DNA of 64,000 nucleotides, taken from contig BQFW01000014.1 in NCBI GenBank assembly GCA_020891255.1, positions 1,364,001 through 1,428,000 of the forward strand. Direction: 5' to 3'. A program made the translations under genes and the position numbers. Source of the DNA: Entomortierella parvispora E1425. Lineage: Eukaryota > Fungi > Mortierellomycota. The notes beneath the pieces are model-generated. The model had not been told where the DNA came from. It searched no databases and worked only from the letters and a program-made list of their open reading frames with translations. How positions within the stretch are numbered: the stretch's first letter is position 1; each line of letters begins with the position of its first letter. Shown piece after piece: positions 55,160 to 64,000 of the stretch.

Positions 55160-56651
55160 GATTTATAGAATGTGGTTCTTGGGTATTCTACGTGGACATG
55201 GATCGAGGAAAGGATGAAGAGGAGAGGAGATTAGTACCATCATCATTGTGGTGCCTGGGGATTGACCTTCTACAATGAACTCTTGTAGCTATTCTCCACA
55301 AAGTAACCATTATGCCACCAGCATGCTCTCATGCAACGTCGCTCTTATCAATGCCTCGGATGATGAGCACAAGGAGTTTGGGCAGGGGCACCTGTTCTCT
55401 TTGGCCCTTTTCCTGCCTGCCCTGCCCTGTCCCTGTCCTGCCGTGCTCATTTAAAAAAAAAATTCTTCCCATCCGTATTTTTTTGTCCGCCCTGACATGG
55501 TCACAACGCGCGGTATGTTTCTGCAGGCTGGATGAGCAACTGAAAAAAACGGCCGTTGTTGTGCGCACATACTCCCATTGCCACGTTTTTGTATGCTCTG
55601 CTCTGTCCCTCTTTTTGCGCACACTTGCATTTGTTCATCATCTGGGTCAGACTTACAAAGTGTTGTTAATCGAGAAGGATGGGTCTCTTGGTGGCGATGA
55701 GATGGAGTCAGACACCGCGCGCTTATTTCCTTCGAGACGGGATGATCAACCCAGATGGAGGACGAGAGCTAAAAAAGAATGGAACAAAATAAAAAAAAGG
55801 GGGGGACCCAAGGCTAGACACTGCGGATGAGGAGGCAGTAGGTGCGGTGGGGGGTGAAGAGGGACAGAGAGGCGGAGGAAGGGAGGATGGGAGATGGACA
55901 CTGAGGCGGGGGAGGGGTGATGAGAAGAGAGGAGGAGGGGGAGGGAGAGAAAGAGGAAGAGAGGAGAAGAGAAAGGGAAAAAAGGCGACAGTAGTGGAAA
56001 AGAACGTTTTCCCCGTCTCCCCTCCCTCCTGGTCCCTGTCCCTGTCCCTGCTCCCCTGTATGAGTCCGTTGCTTGACCGTCGTGGTCGTGGCCACGCCTG
56101 TTCGGCCGTCGCATTGGCTCGAGTGAGTGTGGTCTTGCCCCTGCTCTCACTCTCTTTCTTGCTCCAGCTCATCTCCACCCTCACCCTTTTGTCTAAAAAG
56201 GGACTTGCCTCAACCACCTCCCTCACCTCCCTCGACTACTGTATTGCCCCCCCGGCCTCCTGTGAGTCGAGCTGCTCGATCGACAGAGATTTCAGTGCAC
56301 TCTGTTGGCCAATTTTTTTTTTTGTCCCGGGTCCCCCTCCCATCTCTTTGTGTTCCCATGTCGCTTCCAAACGGTCCACTGACGGTGCACCTTTGGCTCT
56401 GAGTTTCATTCACGTGGTTTGAGGGCTACCCTTAAAAGTCTCTTTGGGCGACTTTGTTCCCTGTCCTTCACTCCTTCCCTCCCTGCTCTCCTGAGATCTC
56501 TTCATGTTTGCTCGTCTCCCTTGGATCGATGTTCACATCTTGGACTTCGTTTGTGCCTTTTTTTTATGATTCGTTTTTTAATTTCGTATTCGAGTACAAT
56601 GCTGTTCTACACTTCATCTCAGATCAACCACAGCGTTGGACTATCTCTAGT

Positions 56652-57986
56652 TTAGATGCCCTTCTTGCTCTCTGACTTGAGTCCTTTGAGCTTCTTCTCC
56701 ATGGCAGTGTTCTCGTCGGCCATACGCATGTATTCATCCTGCTGCTGCTTTGCCTGCTTCTTCAGGTTGTCGAGATCTTGTTTGGCAGAAGAGTGATGGG
56801 CCACAATCTCGCTCAGGTCCTTGATCTCCTTTTTCAAGTTGGACTCGGACTCGAGCACACGCTGGTACTCCTTGGATTGCTGGGCAGCCTGTTGATCACG
56901 TATAGAAGGGTCAACCGGTCAAGATCAATAACCCTGAAAGATATCAATTGCATTCAGCAAAAAAAAAATAAGGTATAGATCGCTTACCTGCTTCTTGATA
57001 ACCTCCATCTTTTCTTCGCTCTTGAGCAAATCGAGGATCATAAAGAAGGTGCGATTCAAGATAAGGGACAAGAACAAGGTAAATCCAGTGAGGTACCTAT
57101 ATAGTTTTTAAATCGAGATTGTGGTGAGTAAGCATCTGTTGCTAGAGTCTGCAAAGTAGCTTTGCTCGCTGTGATCCGCTTACATGTTGCGCTGAGCGAT
57201 GAAACGGTTGGCGGCAGCGTGGGTGGCGGCGCCATGGTCATGGTGGTGAGGAGATGATTCGGCAATTTTCTCAACCTTCATGATACGGTTCAGAGAGTCT
57301 GTGACAGCAGCGGATCAAAAAATAAATTAATGCCTGTTAGCACGGTTCGCGAACGATGACATCGACAATCCGGCCATGACGATCACGGTCATAATCGTTC
57401 TTGTGATAAAGCCAGTTGGTCATCTTTACCAAGGAAGAGGATAAACACAAACCTACAACGAGTGAAAGAAACGATATAGAGGTGAGAAGCGGATACGTGG
57501 CATTATCACAGATCAATCGCCAAGAACACGCCAAGCAATAAAGAACAAAACGCTGTAGAGAACTCTTTTTTTTTTTTCAATCCCAGTGAGCGACACCTAC
57601 ACAAAGACAATTTTCATGACATATTGGACATGCCCCATGATGGGTGACTCGGAGAGGAACTTGAGCATGCCTCTTCTCCACTTGAAGGGCAATGGGAGCT
57701 GGAGCACGCGAGAAGAGGAGAGAGTCAGCCAAAGACTGACAATCCAGATCGTGTGAAAATAAAAAGTATGAGCTTCCTTTGAAATAGTCAGGTCCTTGGT
57801 GCCACTTACAATGAGAACAATAAAGGCGATCATCTGGAGAGGTTGAAAAGAAGACGGGGATGAGCAGGTCAGCAGGACTGAGCAACATGGACATTTAGAT
57901 CGTCGAGGTCAGTCTTGGTTTAGGTCAGTGAAGAGACTTGCCTCGGTCATCAACAGGGTGAAGACCATGGTGTAAGGGATAGACAT
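56652..57986 (-). CDS. BAP31/Yet family ER membrane protein (multi-exon; first intron GC-AG)
   Basis: MSIPYTMVFTLLMTE|MIAFIVLI|VPLPFKWRRGMLKFL..; DSLNRIMK; RFYSQRNMYLTGFTLFLSLIL; C-terminal coiled coil ..DLDNLKKQAKQQQDEYMRMADE..KSESKKGI*. Confidence 0.9.
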
Positions 57987-58289
57987 GATGGAATGATGAT
58001 TTGAGGAAATGAGAGGAAAGTAAAGTGGAAGAGTGAATGGGGGTTGAAGAATAGACTGAGAGAGGAAAGAGGAGAGAAGAAGAAAAGGAATTCAGACCGG
58101 TTCACAGAGAAAAGCCAAGAATGCATGCCCTGTTGAATTCGACGTGTCATCACCCCCGCTTGCTCCGTTCGCTCACTCGCACGAGCTCGTGCGAGGGAAG
58201 GAGAGATAGCAAGCAGTCACTCGGCGGGGCAGGTGCGCCCTTGCGCTTTGCCCATTTCCCACTGTTCCCTTCTCTCTCCCCACTCGCAC

Positions 58290-58760
58290 ACCACCCTCTC
58301 ACCCTCTCACTCACTCTCTCTCTCTCACTCTCTGACTCTCTCACTCTCTCACTCTCTCACTCTCTTACTCACTCATACCCTCATCCTCACCATCCTCGCC
58401 ATCCTCGCTTCTACCTCTGCACTCACGCACCTCATCCTCCTCACCACACTCCCTGCCCTCCGTGCTCCCTGACCCTGTCTGCCTCTCCTCGTTCTCGTTC
58501 TCGTTCTCGTTTTCGTCCTCTTCCTCTTCCTCTTCCTCCTGCTCTTCCTCTTCCTCACATCCATCCCAAACGGACGCCCCTGTGTCTTCGTCTACTTCCG
58601 CAGCCTCCATCCTCTTGCACTCATCCTCAAGTACCCGACCTTTCGCCTGCCCCTCTTCGTCCTTTTGTCCTCCTCTCGTCACCTGCTGATCCTCAAACAC
58701 TCAGTCCTCTTTCGACCTCTTCCTCCCGTGTTCTTGTTCCGGAAGCGCAGCACCCAGATA
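58290..58760. repeat. Polypyrimidine/(CT)n, (CTCTCA)n, (TCTCGT)n low-complexity tract between the BAP31 and Yippee starts
   Basis: Directly visible simple-sequence mosaic. Confidence 0.8.
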
Positions 58761-58926
58761 AAGGCCGAACCCGCGTTCCACCTCCCCCTTACTTGTCCAT
58801 CCTTTGCTCCTCATCATACACTCTCCGGTATCAACACCCGCACTGCTACCTTTTTAACCTCGTTCAATCACATCCACTCCATCACCCGCAAAACTACAGA
58901 GTGAAAAAACGAAGGGTGGTTGTTCG

Positions 58927-60010
58927 ATGGGTATCGTCTATAAGAAATACCTGACTGGGGAGAAAGTCCTCACCTGCAACAACTGCAAGACCCACTTTGC
59001 CACCTGCGATAGCATCATATCAAAGGTATTAAACGACAGACTGCTCTTCCTCCTCTTCCTCCTCTCGCTTTCCTCACCGTCCAGGAAAGAAGATCAGGCA
59101 TGAGAACCTCTATTGTTTCCATCAACCAAGTATTACTCGCACATACATGGACCAAAAAAAGGACAGAGGGGTGTGGGAGAATAAGGAGACAGAGGACATT
59201 GTCATTCTGCGCACCATCGCCTCGGACACGAACGGGCGCGAGGACACTCGCACCCGCTCTTTTTTAAAAAAGGCGTTTGCCAAGGGCCTTACTGGGACCT
59301 GAAACCAGAGCACACGAATAGCAAACAGATGACCTGCACCACGAGCTTTCCTTCTTTGATGAAAAGGGTCTCCCCTTCTGACTCCTCCTCTCTCTATCTG
59401 ACGCATAGAACTTTCACGGGCAAAATGGTCGGGCCTTTCTGTTCTCGAACGTGTATGTGGATAGCAAGCGTCTTTTGGAGTTATATCCTGTGACGGCACA
59501 TGTTCTCTGTAGCCTTCATCTCTAACTTCGCTGGCATCTTCCTTCTAGTATCAACGTGTACACTGGTGATGCTGAAGACCGGCTGATGCGGACAGGCCAG
59601 CACACTGTCCAGGACATCCACTGCGCCGAATGCTCGACGGTCGTCGGCTGGAAATATGTAAGTTTGTTAGAGTCACTTCCACGCAAATAGCCGGGAGAAT
59701 AGGCTTTATTACAAAAGAAGAGCGTGATCATGATCATTTGGCCAATTCTGCCTCTTTCTCCTGGGGCACATTTGCACTTGAGCAGGAGGAGCAATGACCA
59801 GTTCGCCTTATTGCCAGTACTGCTCTTTCTGTTGGTTGCTGTATCTAACGGCTTCATCCCTGTCGTTTCTCTTTCTTCCCGTCTCCCTATTGTTAATTCA
59901 CTGACACCCATCCGTATTGAAAATAGCTGGTTGCGTACGAACAGTCGGAGCGATACAAGGAGGGACGCTTCATTCTGGAGAGGACCTTGCTCCACTACAC
60001 ATCGACGTGA
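58927..60010 (+). CDS. Yippee/Moh1 (YPEL) family zinc-binding protein, 4 exons
   Basis: [22 protein letters not shown]|[15 protein letters not shown]|[28 protein letters not shown]|[18 protein letters not shown]. Confidence 0.93.
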
Positions 60011-60727
60011 ATAGAGAATCCATCTTGCATGGATGCACTGATCAGCCATTGTTGCCTTTACACCATCGCGCTTTTTACTCATGATAAGTACAACGTGCAT
60101 ACGTTGCAATGCTTTCTGCTTCTTTCGACGCCCTTGCAGTTTCATGAACGGGGCTCTGTCTCCTTGACACCACTCTCTTCTATGTTCATCCTACTTCCAG
60201 CCCTTCTTTGCCTTGGTAACCATTTCTGATATCATGTTCGTTTCTATAGAAATCGCATCATGTTTTGATGCTTTTCATTTTCGTTTGCACTCCTCCCAAC
60301 CCCTTTTCATTTCAGAAAAAAAGATATATTTCCCTTCCAATGTGTCATTGAGAAATAAAAATGAGCCTCAGTTTGTCCAGAGATCCACCCGCGGTTGTCC
60401 CTTCCTAATGGGTTGATACTTTTTCCTCATGGGCTTCGCCTAGCGTTCTTTGCTCCTTAAAAAAAGAACTTTGGTGTTGGCGACAAATAAGAAAAATTGC
60501 ATAGAGAACGAGAGCGTTGCACAAAAATGTTGACAACGTGGCACCTTGTTTCGTCTCAATGGCCAGATCTTCATTCCAAGGTCTAAATGCGAATAATTAA
60601 TAATCTATAATCTTACTTAAATAAATACAATATTTTTATAATTTATTCTAACTATTAAGATTAGAGATGCAAAGATGGTAGGTATAGAAATAGGCAAAGA
60701 TGGTAGGATGGAACTCTCTTTGTTCCT

Positions 60728-61387
60728 TTAGGCCATGGTCATCAAGAGAGCAGCAGCACCAATCAAGACAGAATGGAAGGTAGCCATGCTCTGGAAGACA
60801 CCGACAGCGCTGGAGGGCTTGGAAGAAGTGGATGGGCTAGCAGAACCGCCATGGCCATCAGTCGTGGTGGCGTTGGCGACGGTGATAACAGCAGCGGGGA
60901 AGCCAGCAGTCTTTCCAGAGGCATCAGGGATGTTGGTCCAGTTGTTCCACGCGCCGTTGGTGCAGTGTTGGTAGACAGACCAGTACAAGGGACCCTCCAT
61001 CACGGGCAACTTGAACTGAAGACCGAAATCCTCGTAGTAGCTGTCGAGCAAGTTTCCGCCAGACCAGGTAATGGATCCAACTGTGGTGTTGATGGTACCG
61101 GTAGGGGTGGTGATAGGAGTGTCCAAGGGGACCATATTGATGTTGGTGATCCAGGGAACGGTGGCCTTGGGCTTGACTCCGGAAACACCCTTGGGGATCT
61201 CGACAGTGACGGAGTCAGTGGCATTACCGTCACAGCCGTGAGGGACACGGAAGTTGGACTGGAAGTAGCCACCAGAAACTGCCACGGAAGGGTTAGCAGT
61301 GACATGGGCCTCGACGGAGGAGGAGCCGAGGAGAATGGCAGAGACCAAGGCAGAGGCCAAGACGGTAACGGAGCTAGAGAACTTCAT
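60728..61387 (-). CDS. Secreted, probably GPI-anchored YcnI/DUF1775 copper-binding-domain protein, intronless
   Basis: Signal peptide ending VEA, then mature H28-VTANP; FRVPHGC; T..VTVEIP.GV..VKP; ITWSGG..YEDFGLQFKLP..LYWSVYQHC..WT, which is the YcnI pattern. Ser/Thr linker, then SSA and a hydrophobic tail. TATA (TATAAAG) lies ~100 nt upstream. Confidence 0.85.
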   Translation of the reverse strand: MKFSSSVTVLASALVSAILLGSSSVEAHVTANPSVAVSGGYFQSNFRVPHGCDGNATDSVTVEIPKGVSGVKPKATVPWITNINMVPLDTPITTPTGTINTTVGSITWSGGNLLDSYYEDFGLQFKLPVMEGPLYWSVYQHCTNGAWNNWTNIPDASGKTAGFPAAVITVANATTTDGHGGSASPSTSSKPSSAVGVFQSMATFHSVLIGAAALLMTMA

Positions 61388-61725
61388 TGTGGATGGTATT
61401 AGATATTATGGAGGGGGGTGGTAGAGGACAGGAGGGTGGAGAGAGAAGAGTGAAAAAGAGAAGAGTGGAGGGGAGACAGGGTCTCTTTATAGTTTGTGTT
61501 GAAGAAGGAAAGAAGGCAGCAGAAGGCGCGAGTCCACCATTCCCACAGGTCTGGGACTGAATAGCGCGTTTCTCACTCGGAAGAGGAGTACAGACCCGAG
61601 TTGAACAACCGCAATGAACATGAATTCACAGAAGGAGTCTGACACCGTATCGGCGCCGTCTAAGTGCAAGGGATTCGCGAGCAGCAGAATGGCGTTTTTT
61701 TTCTATTGTTTGGCCTTTGAAAGGG

Positions 61726-62864
61726 TTGACTGCCCCGGGTAAGCACAGGGGGGCAAAAGTAAGGTTGACAGCGTGTACCGCACCAGGGGCGGACACCGCT
61801 GTCAATTGTCAAACCTTCTTTTTTGCTCAGCGGTCCATCGATTCGATCCAATCTGTGAGTCCTCGGTAAGTTGTCGAGTTTGTCAAGCCTATGTGTACTT
61901 TTGTTTTCCCTTTTGGTTGAGTGAAAGAAATGAATGTTTAATGTAGCACCACGCAGGCACAACCTGGACAGGATAACCCTCCGAATGCACGCACAGGTGC
62001 GCACCCAATTCATCCAACGGCTATCAGTGAACACGAAAGCTATTTGTCGTCGAATTGCGCTGTAATGTATTGTACGCACAATGCAGTCTGTTTGCCGTCA
62101 GATAGAGGTCGGGGAGACACCTTACTTCTCCTTCTCTTTCTTTTTCTCTACCTCTGTGTCCCGGAGTTCTGAGTCAGCTCTTTGTGATCAGACATCTGCA
62201 TCGCAACCGCCAGGTTCCCGTCCGTGTGTTCGATGGATCCACTGATATGTGCTGTATACATGCATGCAGTACCCGCCGCCCCAAGACCCAACCATCTTTC
62301 TCGATCTTTGTTTTAGCGCCAACCCAGCCGCCCAGTGTCTCTCCAGCCCCTCTGGGTCAATGGAAGGTTCCATGTCTTCTTTCTGACTCGGGAGAGTGTG
62401 TCATTTTAGTTGGGTTCCGTTTTGACGTTCTGGGATTGAAATAATTTTTTTGACATTTTTTTTTTTTTAAAAAAAAAATCACCCTGTCAAAAGAAAAGAA
62501 CACCAAGACCCGGGCTCGGAAAGAACCCTCATGGCATCGAAGCTGGAGATAAGTGAGCAAGAAGCACATCTCCTCCTGCCTAAACGAGGAGATGAAATGG
62601 GGGGAAGAGGTTGGTGCGGTGCTCTAAAGATCAGGCTCACTCTCTTTGTTTGTCGGATAAAGTTTTTTTTTTGACAGGTTGAACCACTTTGACATTCTGC
62701 TATTGACAACGGAGGCGTCGGACCTGTGGCAGGGACCCACGCCTTGCATGAGAAGGGGGGGGGGGGGGTATTCCGCAATGGTGTACCTTCAAGATTTTTC
62801 TCACTGACCTGTCAAAAAAAAAGTTGACTCTGGACCACCACGAGGTTGTCAAAAAAGTTGATTG
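61726..62864. promoter_or_regulatory. Cluster of TTGACA/TGTCAA sites (11 exact, plus TTGACT x2 and TTGACG) and one TTTGCTCA in the YcnI upstream region
   Basis: Exact hexamers start at 61765, 61800, 61807, 61881, 62450, 62485, 62671, 62689, 62703, 62810 and 62847. TTTGCTCA is at 61822. Confidence 0.55.
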
Positions 62865-63154
62865 TGAGATGAATCCGATCCCTACGTCAGCCTGTACAGT
62901 TCTCTCTGTTCATCCGGACATGAAGCTGCGGAAAAAATGAGAAACTACGGATTGTTTTTCCCCCTAGATATTATTATAGATATCTTCACATAAGCCAAAG
63001 AGAAAAGAGAAAACAATAAGATATGAATTTGTTTGGTTTATTGATGAATTTGTTTCTTGGATGGTATATACACAAAGATATGAAGTGATGGTTGAATGTT
63101 TGGTGAGCGCTAGAGAGGGTGATAGGGCTGAAGGAAGCCTAACAGCTTGGCCAT

Positions 63155-64000
63155 TTATCCGCAACCAGCGCAGCCGCTGGATGAACCATTTGAAGCAGCT
63201 CCATTCTTGGATTGGACCATGACCATGTTCCTCTGTCGCGAGAACACGACCGCGCCCACGCAGAGTCCCAAGATCACGGCAAAGAATAACGCCACGTTAA
63301 AGGTCATGGTAACCAACATAAGCGCGTATCCCAACGTGGTCTCCACAAACATCAACACGGATCGGATCAAGTTCTGGCGCACCTCCCGGGCAGACCAAGG
63401 CTGACGCCACAAGTAGACCCAATTCATCAGGATGGAGCTGGAGCCGGAGGGTCCCACGGTCCTGTTCGAGTTCAACGATACTGAAGTCAAAGGTTCCGAC
63501 GGGCCCGTCTTGGCAGTCTCGGCTTCGGCCTCAATCTCAGCAGCCAATTGCTCGGCCCATTGGATATCCAGGCCGGTACGGTAGGCGGCAATGGTCTGAT
63601 AAAACAGTGTCAAAAAGAAGAGCGCGAACCAAGTGCCAGCGTATTGGCCTGCGGATCGAGGCACCCAAGTCTCAAAGAGGACATAATCCTCAAACCCAGT
63701 GTGGAAATACATCCTCATCTTGGGGGGATTCATGTCTGCACCTCCCACGCCAGCAGCACAGTACTCGGACTGATCAAAGCCCATGCTTGAGGCTGATGGG
63801 GTGCACATAGACTTCCAAGTCGAGCATTGGCTCATCTCTGGCATGGCCTTGCAAAGGATTGCATAGGTACCGAGGGTGTCGCATTCGGCTGCATAGGCGT
63901 TGGGGGCGGGCTTGGGGCAGCGCTCGCATCCAGCCATGTCCATCTCTGTGCAGATACCAATCACAAGAGCGGAGGCACTCTTGGTCGTGGGGAACGACGG
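63155..64000 (-). CDS. Ctr (SLC31) high-affinity copper transporter with a Cys/Met-rich N-terminal ectodomain; 5' end beyond the window
   Basis: MRMYFHTG..VLFETW; TM1 YAGTWFALFFLTLFYQ; TM2 LGYALMLVTMTFN (MxxxM); TM3 FFAVILGLCVG (GxxxG); C-terminal GCAGCG*. Confidence 0.92.
   Translation of the reverse strand, partial: PSFPTTKSASALVIGICTEMDMAGCERCPKPAPNAYAAECDTLGTYAILCKAMPEMSQCSTWKSMCTPSASSMGFDQSEYCAAGVGGADMNPPKMRMYFHTGFEDYVLFETWVPRSAGQYAGTWFALFFLTLFYQTIAAYRTGLDIQWAEQLAAEIEAEAETAKTGPSEPLTSVSLNSNRTVGPSGSSSILMNWVYLWRQPWSAREVRQNLIRSVLMFVETTLGYALMLVTMTFNVALFFAVILGLCVGAVVFSRQRNMVMVQSKNGAASNGSSSGCAGCG

Noticed and set aside
58121-58954. ORFs with poly-Glu/Ser/Pro tracts
   Set aside because: Artefacts of CT-rich simple repeats between two gene starts.

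Overview
Intron-rich, gene-dense fungal genomic DNA. The introns are mostly ~80-110 nt with poly-T tracts. The presence of eEF3 alongside FANCL, a SELENOH-like gene and a spastin-like ATPase suggests an early-diverging fungus, plausibly Mortierellaceae (inference). About 23 protein-coding genes can be reconstructed by hand: UBA3 (5' part), LisH-WD40, SH3-SH3-ankyrin, MAPEG/MGST3, VPS26, ATE1, an MIT-domain protein, a membrane-anchored USP, AT-hook/SelH, SPC1, an OMS1-like methyltransferase, eEF3, SHMT, spastin-like AAA, STE20/MST kinase, FANCL, UTP7, myosin V, BAP31/Yet, Yippee, YcnI/DUF1775, a Ctr copper transporter (3' part) and two hypotheticals. There is also one tRNA-Thr(CGT) and a candidate H/ACA-type RNA. 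The most interesting area is the right end. A bacterial-type YcnI copper-binding domain with a signal peptide, an N-terminal His and a GPI-like tail lies in tandem with a Ctr copper importer. Between them is an intergenic region carrying 11 exact TTGACA/TGTCAA sites and a CuRE-like TTTGCTCA, making this a candidate surface copper-capture/uptake module. Exon boundaries were assigned by eye from GT/GC-AG signals and protein-family recall; no database searches were run.
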